NCBI GenBank assembly: GCA_965205025.1
Contig: CBDBFU010000032.1
Coordinates: 1 to 64,000 of the forward strand
Source of the DNA: Candidatus Poribacteria bacterium
Lineage (GTDB): Bacteria; Poribacteria; WGA-4E; WGA-3G
DNA: 64,000 nucleotides
Reading direction: 5' to 3'
Part shown: piece after piece, positions 1 through 9,983 of the stretch
Position numbering within the stretch: the stretch's first letter is position 1
Layout: each line of letters opens with the position of its first letter
Translations under genes and position numbers: made by a program
The notes under the pieces: generated by a model
Databases searched by the model: none
What the model was told of the DNA's origin: nothing
The model's input: only the letters and a program-made list of their open reading frames with translations

Positions 1-11
1 TCAATACACAA

Positions 12-178
12 TTAAGTTATATAACAATTAACGAATGTGATTCACGGAGAATTGGTCTAATTAAAATATAAACCCTTATAGAATAAGGGCTCGTAAAATT
101 GCTCCGTGAAGGTTTCCGTGAAAGCGCAATCATCTCAAAACGATAAATATTAACACTTTTTCCATTCACTATATCCAT
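12..178. repeat. ~170-bp dispersed non-coding repeat, copy 1 (inverted copy at 35187-35354)
   Basis: ACGAATGTGATTCACGGAGAAT...AAACCCTTATAGAATAAGGGCTCGTAAAATTGCTCCGTGAAGGTTTCCGTGAAAG...TTCCATTCAC matches the reverse complement of 35187-35354 closely. Confidence 0.9.
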
Positions 179-454
179 ACATCTAATATAATTATGAGAT
201 TGACAGATGAAGGTCTCAATGCCATAATGGAGTTGAGATGTATGCAAATGAACAATACTTGGGAAAATATTGGTATCCAGATACAATTGCAGGATGATGT
301 TGAGTGCCAAAAACTTTACACCCATCCATCACTTTTAATTGGTATTTCTCCATCAAGTTAGGTAAAATTACTCGTAAACTACTTACGAATAAAGACGTTA
401 ATTAATATGACAAGTCTATCGTAGAATCTTCCCGATATAGGAAATTAAAGAGTA

Positions 455-2242
455 ATGCCTGAACCCAATAAACCCGAAGACTATTTGGATCGGCTTCGCC
501 ACTCTACCGCACATATAATGGCGTATGCCGTACAACAACTTTTTCCAGATGGAGAACATACTGTAAAACTTGCTATTGGTCCACCTATTGAAAACGAGTT
601 TTATTACGATATGGAAGTTCCCCGTCCAATTACACCTGACGATTTTCCTGAAATTGAAAAGCACATGAAGACAATGATCAAATCAAATGTGCCATTTGAA
701 CAGGAAACATGGGATTATGACAAAGCACATAAATGGTTTGCTGAACGCGACCAAAAATTCAAAATTGAATTAATTGATGGGATCTCTGACAGAGAAGTAA
801 GTGCATCAGATGAAGGTGTTGCTCACGAAGGGGTTTCTATCTATCATAACGGCGATTTCACAGATCTATGTAAAGGACCACATGTAGAGAAAACCAGCGA
901 ATGCAGATATTTTAAACTACTACGGGTTTCTGGTGCATACTGGCGCGGTGATAGCAATCGGGAACAACTACAACGGATTTATGGAACAGCTTGGGAAACT
1001 AAGGATGATCTGCAAGCATATCTAAAACAGAGAGAAGAAGCAGCCAAACGCGATCACAGGAAACTTGGACGGGAGTTGGAACTCTTCCAAATGCATCCTG
1101 AATCACCCGGCAGTGTATTTTGGCTGCCTAAGGGAGCACACATATACAACCTTCTATCTGAAAAGGTAAGAAAACTTTACCTGAGTGAAGGATACCAAGA
1201 GGTGCGTACACCTCTTATCTATGATAGTAGTCTATGGGAAACTTCAGGACATTGGGAACACTTTAAAGATGATATGTTTCTTATTGAAGATGAGGATGGT
1301 AATCAGACAAGTGCACTAAAACCGATGAACTGTCCAGCACACATGCTGATCTATAAAAGTACTCTTCATAGTTATCGGGATTTGCCATACCGCATATTTG
1401 ATCAAGGTGTTTTACATCGAAATGAAGCTACTGGTACCCTAAGCGGGTTGTCACGGGTTAGACAATTATGTCAGGATGATGCACACAACTTCGTAACTGA
1501 AGATCAAATTGCTGATGAATATGAACGTATTCTCGAACTGTTCCAACGTATATACGGAACATTCGATCTGCCATTCAGATGTGATTTCAGTACGCGCAAT
1601 CCGGATAAGTTTATGGGTGATATTGATGTATGGGATCGAGCTGAAGACATTCTTGAATCTGTCTTGAAGAATAATCAAATTGACTATGATATTGACCCAG
1701 GTGAAGCCGCGTTCTACGGTCCTAAACTTGATTTTCAAGTACGAGATTCTCTCAACCGAGATGTACAATGTGCTACAGTTCAGCTTGACTTCCAATTACC
1801 TGAAAGATTCGAACTCGTATATATTGCACCAGATGGATCCGAAAAGAGACCTGTTGTGATACATCGTGCAATCTGTGGAAGTTTTGAAAGGTTCATTGCA
1901 ATGCTTATTGAACACTACGCGGGGGCATTTCCAACATGGTTAGCACCAGTACAGTGTGTTGTCATGACTATTAGTCAAAAATTCGTGGATTATGCCACTG
2001 AAGTTCAACAACTTCTGCATCAGAAAAATTGTCGTGTCGTTTTAGACAATAGTGACGATAAGATAGGTGCTAAAATTCGGCAAGCTCGATTACAAAGAGT
2101 ACCGTATATGGTGATCATTGGAGAACGTGAACAGGAAAGTAGAACTGTAAGTGTCCGAAGCCGTGATGAAGGTGATATCGGTGCAGTGTCTTTAGATAGT
2201 TTCATTGACAAAATTGCCACCGAAGTCGATTTGGATTTCTAA
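455..2242 (+). CDS. thrS: Threonine--tRNA ligase (form lacking the N-terminal TGS domain)
   Basis: LRHSTAH editing motif, DLCKGPHV, RDHRKLG, KPMNCP, AFYGPKLD, HRAICGSFERF and a C-terminal anticodon-binding domain. Confidence 0.98.
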   Translation: MPEPNKPEDYLDRLRHSTAHIMAYAVQQLFPDGEHTVKLAIGPPIENEFYYDMEVPRPITPDDFPEIEKHMKTMIKSNVPFEQETWDYDKAHKWFAERDQKFKIELIDGISDREVSASDEGVAHEGVSIYHNGDFTDLCKGPHVEKTSECRYFKLLRVSGAYWRGDSNREQLQRIYGTAWETKDDLQAYLKQREEAAKRDHRKLGRELELFQMHPESPGSVFWLPKGAHIYNLLSEKVRKLYLSEGYQEVRTPLIYDSSLWETSGHWEHFKDDMFLIEDEDGNQTSALKPMNCPAHMLIYKSTLHSYRDLPYRIFDQGVLHRNEATGTLSGLSRVRQLCQDDAHNFVTEDQIADEYERILELFQRIYGTFDLPFRCDFSTRNPDKFMGDIDVWDRAEDILESVLKNNQIDYDIDPGEAAFYGPKLDFQVRDSLNRDVQCATVQLDFQLPERFELVYIAPDGSEKRPVVIHRAICGSFERFIAMLIEHYAGAFPTWLAPVQCVVMTISQKFVDYATEVQQLLHQKNCRVVLDNSDDKIGAKIRQARLQRVPYMVIIGEREQESRTVSVRSRDEGDIGAVSLDSFIDKIATEVDLDF

Positions 2243-2329
2243 GAATCTCATTACCTTTTAACAGATAATCTTTCTATTTTATGGTTAGTTAAAGAGTTTA
2301 TGAATTAACTAAATACAAGGAGCGTTTAA

Positions 2330-2932
2330 ATGTACAAAGTAATGTCCTGCTTATTATTCATAGGAATTATATTAATTGGTGCCTGTGGTCCCTCTACACA
2401 AGTTACACGGATAGATAGTGAAACAATCACTGATCTAACCGGTAGATGGAACGATACAGATTCTGGGATGGTAGCTGAAAAAATGATCTCGGACTGTTTA
2501 GGTCATGTCTGGATTAACAATCACAATCAGACATCCGGTGAAAGACCTGTAGTGATTGTAGGTGGTATCCGCAATAAAACTAATGAACATATTCCCACGC
2601 AAACGTTTATCAGCGATATTGAACGGGAATTCGTCAATTCTGGGAAAGTCGATCTTGTTTCAAGTAAAAGCGAAAGAAGTGAAATCCGTGAAGAGCGAGT
2701 GGATCAGAGTGAAAATGCTGCAATTGAAACAATCAAGCGGATGGGACGTGAAGAAGGTGCTGATTATATGTTAACAGGCGAAATCAATACCATTGAGCAG
2801 AGAATAGATGGAAAACAAGTTGTATATTATCAGACTGATCTCACATTGACAAACATTGAAACCAATCAAAAAGTTTGGATCGGTCAGAAAGAAATTAAGA
2901 AATTTATTGGACGGAAAAAGTTCAAAATGTAG
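2330..2932 (+). CDS. LpoB-like lipoprotein (penicillin-binding protein activator family)
   Basis: Lipobox IGAC; DLTGRWNDTD, NKTNEHI, GADYMLTGEI and LTNIETNQKVW motifs of the LpoB/CsgG-like family. Confidence 0.75.
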   Translation: MYKVMSCLLFIGIILIGACGPSTQVTRIDSETITDLTGRWNDTDSGMVAEKMISDCLGHVWINNHNQTSGERPVVIVGGIRNKTNEHIPTQTFISDIEREFVNSGKVDLVSSKSERSEIREERVDQSENAAIETIKRMGREEGADYMLTGEINTIEQRIDGKQVVYYQTDLTLTNIETNQKVWIGQKEIKKFIGRKKFKM

Positions 2933-2954
2933 ACTTATCTAAAACATATTTGGC

Positions 2955-2989
2955 ATATTAGGGGTGGGACATTATCCTACCCCTAATAT
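2955..2989. terminator. Intergenic stem-loop
   Basis: ATATTAGGGGTGGGA-CATTA-TCCTACCCCTAATAT inverted repeat between two co-oriented genes. Confidence 0.55.
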
Positions 2990-3009
2990 CGTTAGAAAGT
3001 AGTAATTAA

Positions 3010-4359
3010 ATGAGCAGAACATTACCACTTCTTCTTATCACACTTATCATAGTAGGGTGTGCAGGATATAAATTTGAAGAAGTTGAAACTGGTTTGAATG
3101 GTGGACAACCTGAAAATGCCTATAACTATCTTAAGAAGCATGAACCGAAGAATCCAGATATACCACACAAATATGAATTAGGTCTAACTGCACATTACGC
3201 CAATCAATACAATGAGAGCAGCAAAGCATTTGCCCAAGCAGAACAAATTGCTGAAGAACGGTACACCAAAAGTATTTCTACAGAGGCTTTATCTCTGATT
3301 ACCTCTGATCGAATACGACCGTATGTTGGTAAATCTTATGAACGACTTTTAGCGCATTACTATCATGCGTTAAACTACATCAAACAAGATAAGTTAGACG
3401 AAGCATTGGTGGAATGTAGACGTGCCACAAATCTAATTCAATACTTCATAGGGGAAGAAAAAGAATACGATTACATTGGGGCAGGATTCTTGGCATATTT
3501 TTCTGGTATTTTATATGAATTTTCAGGAGAGCTCAATAATGCTCTAATCTCATATAAGCAAGCAGAACAATACTATAAAAGTGCATCTGATACTACTGGC
3601 ATTGAAATACCAGATGATGTAGGTTATTCTTTAGTAAGACTTTCACGAAAACTTAATTTTGCAGATGACTTGGAACGGTATAGTATCCTATATGGGGATC
3701 CTCCTCAAATATCAGAAAATCATGGTGAATTAATCCTTTTTTATGAGACGGGTTATGTTCCTCGTAAACGACAACAGACTTTGACATTCCCAATTCTCAA
3801 AACCGACAAATTTGGCGAGGATGATAGTGATACTGTTGAGTTTGCTCGGACACTAAGAAGTCGAGAAGGATTAGTTGTTGAAGAAATCAAACTTGAATAC
3901 TTATTACATGTAGCAATACCAATTATTGAATCCTTTCGTCCAAAATATAAAGGTATAAGAGTTTCTATAGAAGACACATCACAAGAAGCAGAATTGGTAG
4001 AGGACGTAGAAACAGCAGCCATTTTAACACTTAAGTCAGAAAGAACAGTTATATTAATTCGTACGTTAGTACGTGCATTGGGAAAATACTTAATTACACG
4101 GAAAGCTAAAAAACAGAATGAAATCTTAGGAGCACTTACTAATCTCGCAGGTGTTCTGACCGAAGGTGCTGATAGACGATCATGGCAGACTCTTCCTAAT
4201 CAGATTTATATGGTACGTATGCCGCTCGTTTCAGGAATCCATAATGTAAAACTCTCCTTTTTAAACGAAAATGGGTATATTCTCAGTACTAAATCTCTAC
4301 GAAATGTTGAAATTACAGCAAATAAAACAACAATTTTGAATTATCGAACATATAGATAG
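3010..4359 (+). CDS. COG3014-like TPR lipoprotein
   Basis: Lipobox IVGC, helical TPR-like N-terminal half and C-terminal ADRRSWQTLP motif; this family is commonly adjacent to lpoB-like genes. Confidence 0.7.
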   Translation: MSRTLPLLLITLIIVGCAGYKFEEVETGLNGGQPENAYNYLKKHEPKNPDIPHKYELGLTAHYANQYNESSKAFAQAEQIAEERYTKSISTEALSLITSDRIRPYVGKSYERLLAHYYHALNYIKQDKLDEALVECRRATNLIQYFIGEEKEYDYIGAGFLAYFSGILYEFSGELNNALISYKQAEQYYKSASDTTGIEIPDDVGYSLVRLSRKLNFADDLERYSILYGDPPQISENHGELILFYETGYVPRKRQQTLTFPILKTDKFGEDDSDTVEFARTLRSREGLVVEEIKLEYLLHVAIPIIESFRPKYKGIRVSIEDTSQEAELVEDVETAAILTLKSERTVILIRTLVRALGKYLITRKAKKQNEILGALTNLAGVLTEGADRRSWQTLPNQIYMVRMPLVSGIHNVKLSFLNENGYILSTKSLRNVEITANKTTILNYRTYR

Positions 4360-4456
4360 ACATACTAAAAACAGAAAATCATAAGTACATAATTTAATGT
4401 CAGTTTGAGAATAAAAAATCTCAGTTCGATAAACAGAATTATGTTCTGAAGATAGT

Positions 4457-4540
4457 CTTTGTAGCACAAACTTTCCAGTTTGTGCACTCTGGTGTTAACT
4501 AAACGTTCAGGTTACAATGGGTCTTATCAAACTCACGTTA
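4457..4540 (+). repeat. REP-containing repeat unit (empty-site version of 61733-61930)
   Basis: CTTTGTAGCACAAACTTTCCAGTTTGTGCACTCTG...TACAATGGGTCTTATCAAACTCACGTTA recurs at 61733-61930, where it is interrupted by a MITE. Confidence 0.85.
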
Positions 4541-4553
4541 ATTTACTAACGAT

Positions 4554-5714
4554 ATGGAACGAATTTATCTCGATTACAACGCCACAACCCCACTCCGCTC
4601 TGAAGTCCGAGAGGCAATGATGCCCTATCTCACTGATACCTTCGGCAATGGTTCAAGTATTCACGCTTACGGACGTGAAGCAAGAAATGCTATTGACACT
4701 GCACGTGAACAAGTTGCAGAACTCATCGGGGCAAAAAGTCCGAGTGAAATCGTATTTACTGGAAGTGGCACTGAAGCAGATAACCACGCAATTAAAGGGT
4801 TAGCTGAATTACAGAAGAGCCGGGGAGAAGGTAATCATATCATTACATCTTCTGTAGAACATCATGCTGTTCTACATACATGTCAATATCTGGAACAACG
4901 CGGTTTTGAGGTTACCTATTTGCCAGTTGATAGATATGGACGGGTAAATGTTGAACAACTAAAAGCTGCTATCAGAGATACAACTATTCTAATTTCTATC
5001 ATGCATGTTAACAATGAAAATGGCACTATACAACCACTCGAAGAAATATGTCAGATAGGGATGGAACAAGAGATACCAGTTCATACAGATGCAGTTCAAT
5101 CTATTGGAAAATTAGATTTGAATGTTCAGGAGATTGGTGTCAACCTTTTGGCACTTTCGGCACACAAAATATATGCTCCTAAAGGGATAGGAGTTCTCTA
5201 CATCCGTAGAGGAATTCGTTTAGCTAATCTTGTTCATGGTGGATCACACGAAAGGAACAGACGGGCAGGATCAGAAAATGTACCTGCAATTGTTGGACTC
5301 GGTGTAGGGGCAGAACTTGCCAACAAAGATAGACAACGGTATGCCTTACATTTAGATAAGATGACACAACGACTCCGTGCAGGTCTTGATGCGAATATAG
5401 ATGGATTGCATTACAATGGACATCCTAAATATTGTATACCGGGTACACTAAATGTATCATTTGAATCAGTTGAAGGAGAGAGTCTCATCCTAAGATTGGA
5501 TATGGAAGGAATTTGCGTTTCAACTGGATCCGCTTGCACCTCTGGTTCTATGGAACCTTCCCATGTGCTTGCTGCTCTTGGATTACCCCCAAGGTTAGCA
5601 CAAGGAACAGTACGATTTTCACTCGGAAGAAACACTACTGAAGAAGAAATTGACACCATAATCTCGAAATTACCAAATGTTATTAAACAGATGAGATCTT
5701 TGTATAGAGTATAA
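4554..5714 (+). CDS. iscS: Cysteine desulfurase (IscS/NifS family)
   Basis: IYLDYNATTP, FTGSGTEADN, HTDAVQ, SAHK (PLP lysine) and STGSACTSGS catalytic loop. Confidence 0.93.
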   Translation: MERIYLDYNATTPLRSEVREAMMPYLTDTFGNGSSIHAYGREARNAIDTAREQVAELIGAKSPSEIVFTGSGTEADNHAIKGLAELQKSRGEGNHIITSSVEHHAVLHTCQYLEQRGFEVTYLPVDRYGRVNVEQLKAAIRDTTILISIMHVNNENGTIQPLEEICQIGMEQEIPVHTDAVQSIGKLDLNVQEIGVNLLALSAHKIYAPKGIGVLYIRRGIRLANLVHGGSHERNRRAGSENVPAIVGLGVGAELANKDRQRYALHLDKMTQRLRAGLDANIDGLHYNGHPKYCIPGTLNVSFESVEGESLILRLDMEGICVSTGSACTSGSMEPSHVLAALGLPPRLAQGTVRFSLGRNTTEEEIDTIISKLPNVIKQMRSLYRV

Positions 5715-5842
5715 TACTAAGAGTTCTTTTTCAAAACTTCATCCCTCTCAATTTTGATACTTCTATAAAGATAATCTTAATTCCCTTTATCATGTAATAC
5801 CATTTATAATTGAAAATGTCTCTTTTTTGTACCACAAACTTT

Positions 5843-5987
5843 ATGAGGATTAAGTTTTAAATTCGGCAATTCTCATTATTCCAAACCCTGTAGGTTCGGT
5901 TTCCTAACCACGGGGAATGCTAAATAGCATTCATACCGTTGATTCGAATTTCCTATCACATTACCGAATTATTATTTTAATCTTCAT
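5843..5987. mobile_element. MITE inserted in a GCACAAACT/AGTTTGTGC REP palindrome
   Basis: Ends ATGAGGATTAA / TTAATCTTCAT, inner inverted repeat TTCGGCAAT / ATTACCGAA, flanked by CACAAACTTT and TCAGTTTGTGC. Confidence 0.75.
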
Positions 5988-6136
5988 TCAGTTTGTGCCC
6001 TGAAAATGACTGCCATAATAACCGCCTAATGAGACAATAATTTATGGAAATGGTATAACTATTGCTAATGGATTCTGTACATGTTATGATAATCAATAAT
6101 GTGTCATGAATAGATACATCTAATATAGGTAATGAT

Positions 6137-6622
6137 ATGAAAAAGAATGACAAATTATCAACTGCTGAAACCCTCTTCAAGGTCGGTAATCATAAAAGCG
6201 AATTAGAAGACTACAATGGTGCAATTATAGAATATAATCAAGTTATATACTTAAAGCCCGATTTCGGTTATGCATACTATAACAGAGCATGTGCAAAAGA
6301 TAAATTGGGAAAGATTCGTGAAGCGATTTCTGATTATATGGTTGCTGCAGAATTAGCAGAAAAAACAGGTGATACTGCTTTGCAATTAAAAGTTGAAGAA
6401 AAACTACGTTTAAACAGAATTACTCTAAATCCCAAGCAGTGTGGGGGACGTCCATGTATACGAGGTATGCGAATACGAGTTACAGATGTGTTAGGATTAT
6501 TGGCAAGTGGTCTTTCTTTTGACGAGATACTTCAAGAAATGCCTGACCTCGAAGCAGAAGATATTCTGGCATGTCTTCAATTCGCTGCAAATAGAATGGA
6601 TTCTCCTATTCATTCTATATGA
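6137..6622 (+). CDS. TPR-repeat plus DUF433 antitoxin fusion
   Basis: N-terminal TPR (DYNGAIIEYNQVIYLKPDFGYAYYNRA) and C-terminal DUF433 (RITLNPKQCGGRPCIRGMRIRVTDVLGLLASG...PDLEAEDILACL). Confidence 0.85.
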   Translation: MKKNDKLSTAETLFKVGNHKSELEDYNGAIIEYNQVIYLKPDFGYAYYNRACAKDKLGKIREAISDYMVAAELAEKTGDTALQLKVEEKLRLNRITLNPKQCGGRPCIRGMRIRVTDVLGLLASGLSFDEILQEMPDLEAEDILACLQFAANRMDSPIHSI

Positions 6623-6990
6623 GGTATTGGATTGATGCACAACTCTCTCCTGCGATAGCACCTTGGATTACAGACACTTTTAATATCGATGCAGTATCTA
6701 TTCAATGGCTTGGTCTCAGAAATGCTACTGATGAAGAAATCTATATGGCTGCTAAAGAAGAAAAGGCAGTTGTAATTTCCAAAGATCGTGATTTTATTCA
6801 TCTATTAGATAAGTATGGACCTCCACCCCAGATTATCTTGATTACCTGTGGTAATAGTCCAAACTCTCTGGTACGAAAAATATTACATCAACACCTTGAT
6901 AACGCTATCATACAATTACAAACTGGGATTCCTCTAATTAAAATTCCAGATTCATATAATATAACCCAATTTACTACTAACGGATTTTGA
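6619..6990 (+). CDS. DUF5615 PIN-like toxin (VapC45-like)
   Basis: WIDAQLSP, ATDEEI, ISKDRDF and GPPPQII motifs; ATGA overlap with the DUF433 gene. Confidence 0.85.
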   Translation: MRYWIDAQLSPAIAPWITDTFNIDAVSIQWLGLRNATDEEIYMAAKEEKAVVISKDRDFIHLLDKYGPPPQIILITCGNSPNSLVRKILHQHLDNAIIQLQTGIPLIKIPDSYNITQFTTNGF

Positions 6991-7117
6991 TCCTTTCAAC
7001 ACAGTTTTTTAGACACTTTCCTCATCCCAGAGGGGTGATATGTCTATAGAAAAGGTATATAAACATCCTGCACTCCAGCGGAGTGCTATGTAAGTAAATA
7101 GGTGACAACTTAGAGTA
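6962..7117. mobile_element. ~155-bp MITE-like repeat with two internal hairpins, copy 1
   Basis: Close match to 63445-63600; contains CATCCCAGAGGGGTG and GCACTCCAGCGGAGTGC hairpins. Confidence 0.8.
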
Positions 7118-7141
7118 GTATATCTTAGTTGATTTAGAACT

Positions 7142-9757
7142 CTACCTATTCTTTGGATTCCACATCGCACATATAACAGCTGTAATCGGTATTGCCAACA
7201 CTAAACCCAGTGTCCCCGCCAACAACCTAACTACTTCTGCTGACACAACACCAACACTAAGCAATTGGACAGGTGGATCTTTAAACAGATCGATATTTGG
7301 TGCTCCAATTGTTATCACCAATAACAATTCGACACCAATATAAGCAAATACTAAAGTATTAATCATTGTGCCAAGGATATCCGTACCCACATTCAGTCCA
7401 GATGCAATCAATTTCCATGTTGGCATGTTTGGATTAGCACGACGGATCTCTTCCATACTTGATGCAACCTCAATAGCACCGTCAACCGCAACACCCAGAA
7501 CACCCATCAACATTCCCGCCAATAATATCTGAACAAAATCATAGGTCTGTGTTCGTGTTGCCTCTACAATATCAGCTGCTATCGCATCCTCTAAACCTGT
7601 AAAATGTAACTGCTCTTGTGCCATGAGGACTATGAGACCTGCTACAAGGATACCACCCATTGTGCCGAACACAGCAGAGAATGTCTTGCGACTTGGTCCA
7701 ATCACAAATACCAATGAAACGAAAGCAACCGCACCGGAAGTAAGTGTTACCACAAGAACAGCATTCATACCTTGTGAAATTAAGGGTAGCATAAAGAAGT
7801 AGATTACCATTCCAGATATTATCATAGCACATACGGTACGAATTCCCTCTATCCGACCAACAAGTACAATCAGTAGGAACATTCCTCCTACAAACCAAAT
7901 TAGAAACCTATCACGTCCATACTCCTGCACAATGTTCACAAGACTAATCTGTTCAGGAATTCCATTAACACGACAGAGAACAATATCACCGGGTTCCGCG
8001 GGAATACTTAACAGTGACAATTTGTGGTCCACAATATTCCGGAATACTAAACTTCTCCCTTTATACATACCTCCGAGGATTTCAATTTCAAGAACATGGT
8101 GCTCTTTCTGTGAGTCATAGACATCAAGACTATCCGAGCCATCTTGAGTAATACGAACACTAAATGTTTGATTGTAATCAATGTCTTCAATTAACCAACG
8201 ACTATCCTTCCACGGTTTAATTGAAACAGATATATTATCAGACAAACGATACTTTTTCTCTTCAAATGCCTTAAGCAATTCGGTAGGAATCTCCTTTCTG
8301 TCTAATTCTTTTGCATTTGAACCATTAATAGTGAAGAGATATTCTCCAGTGGATTCAAGGAGTCGTAATACCTTGCCTTTGGCATACTCAGATCTATGGT
8401 CTAAATTTCCCTGTTCATCATACTGCTCTGATATTGTGGCAGATTGTCGATGGGACTGATAATAAAAGATGGTTGTTCCTATTACCACCAAGAGCATAAC
8501 TATTGGAACTGCGATTCGGCTTGGTAAAATACCATCAAAATCCGTAGCTTCACCACCAAACAATTCTTCTAATTCCTCTTGTGTAGGTATGTCTTCATGG
8601 ATATCTGTTCGTTTTACTTTTATATATTTTGTTAGAAAACCGGCAACTGTTGCTGCTATAGGAACAGTAAGCACTAATCCTATCGTTCCCACGACTGCTT
8701 GAATAATAGCAACAGTTGTTGCCTCCTCATTCACTAATCTTAGGAACGGGTATAACATCCCTGACTCAGGAAAATCAATTCTTGGTAGCAACATGGTTAT
8801 CATATGAGCACCAAGATAGGCAAAAATAAGCGTATCCGCCATTGTCCCCATAATGTCCCGTCCGACATTCAATCCCGCGCGAATTGATTGTCGGACACTT
8901 ATGTTAGGATTTACCTGTTTCACCTCATGAACACTTGAGGAGATGGACATGCTAACATCCATCATCGCTCCTAAAGCACCTAAGATAATACCTGCAGAGA
9001 GAATACCCGCAAAGTTCCAATCTTGTGCCCCACTCCGCCATAATGCTAAGCCAAGTTCTAAGAAACCAAACTCCTGATCCATACCTGTAAGTGCCATAAG
9101 ATTTTGACTCAGGATTGACAGAACACCAACTGCAGCTAATCCTCCAAGTGTTCCAAGTACACCTGAAATTACTTTAACACTAAAACCAGTTATAAAAAGA
9201 AATGTGACTACTGTCAAGAATGCAGCTATTATCAATGCGGCCACAATTGGGTTGAATCCGCTAAGCGTTAACGGTACAAGTAGGTACAAAATGGAGAATA
9301 CAGTGACAAACAACGTCAAAATCGCACGTATGCCTTTCATACCAGCAACCAAAATCATGAGTATGCCTAACGCACCGGCAAGATATAATAACAACGGTGT
9401 ACGGAAATACTCTCCCATAGAAACGGTAACTATTTGCGGGTTATTTGGACTACGTAATGGAATTTCAAGAAATAGTATCTCTCCCTTACTCATCACCCGA
9501 TCACCAAAGGCACGTCCAATCCAGATGTTATCTACCTGAACTGTCTCACCACGGAAGGGACCTGATAAAATCTTAAAGGTTAAAATCTGGTCGACTTCTT
9601 CACTCGTATCTATCGAGATGACCCGACCAAGACAAGCCAACGTCTGAAGATTACCATCACTTGTAATTTCCGCATAACGGTATAACTTCAAATGCAAATA
9701 GGTGACACCCAACAGAATTAGAAGTATTCCGATTATCTTTATAATTCTTTCTCGCAT
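7142..9757 (-). CDS. YibE/F-family membrane protein with two tandem YibE/F domains
   Basis: GALGAMMDVSMSISS...GLNVGRDIMGTMADTLIFAY repeats as GVLGVAVDGAIEVASS...GLNVGTDILGTMINTLVFAY; many TM segments. Confidence 0.85.
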   Translation of the reverse strand: MRERIIKIIGILLILLGVTYLHLKLYRYAEITSDGNLQTLACLGRVISIDTSEEVDQILTFKILSGPFRGETVQVDNIWIGRAFGDRVMSKGEILFLEIPLRSPNNPQIVTVSMGEYFRTPLLLYLAGALGILMILVAGMKGIRAILTLFVTVFSILYLLVPLTLSGFNPIVAALIIAAFLTVVTFLFITGFSVKVISGVLGTLGGLAAVGVLSILSQNLMALTGMDQEFGFLELGLALWRSGAQDWNFAGILSAGIILGALGAMMDVSMSISSSVHEVKQVNPNISVRQSIRAGLNVGRDIMGTMADTLIFAYLGAHMITMLLPRIDFPESGMLYPFLRLVNEEATTVAIIQAVVGTIGLVLTVPIAATVAGFLTKYIKVKRTDIHEDIPTQEELEELFGGEATDFDGILPSRIAVPIVMLLVVIGTTIFYYQSHRQSATISEQYDEQGNLDHRSEYAKGKVLRLLESTGEYLFTINGSNAKELDRKEIPTELLKAFEEKKYRLSDNISVSIKPWKDSRWLIEDIDYNQTFSVRITQDGSDSLDVYDSQKEHHVLEIEILGGMYKGRSLVFRNIVDHKLSLLSIPAEPGDIVLCRVNGIPEQISLVNIVQEYGRDRFLIWFVGGMFLLIVLVGRIEGIRTVCAMIISGMVIYFFMLPLISQGMNAVLVVTLTSGAVAFVSLVFVIGPSRKTFSAVFGTMGGILVAGLIVLMAQEQLHFTGLEDAIAADIVEATRTQTYDFVQILLAGMLMGVLGVAVDGAIEVASSMEEIRRANPNMPTWKLIASGLNVGTDILGTMINTLVFAYIGVELLLVITIGAPNIDLFKDPPVQLLSVGVVSAEVVRLLAGTLGLVLAIPITAVICAMWNPKNR

Positions 9758-9983
9758 TATTGTAACTCAGTGAATTTTAAGATTAATAGTTATTAATAAA
9801 ACTTAGGTATATTCTTGATTATATCTACTTTAATAGCGAACCATTCGTTATTAAGCAAGTTATATGCCAATCAGGAATGCTATTTAGGTAGGAATATAAT
9901 AGGATGTGGTAAATTTTATTGCACAATTATGTGCAGTTAGTTTGCAATAGTACATTAATGGGCAGGTAAAAGAGTTAGTCACT

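Noticed and set aside
17-325. 102-aa minus-strand ORF
   Set aside because: Overlaps a dispersed non-coding repeat and has no recognisable protein features
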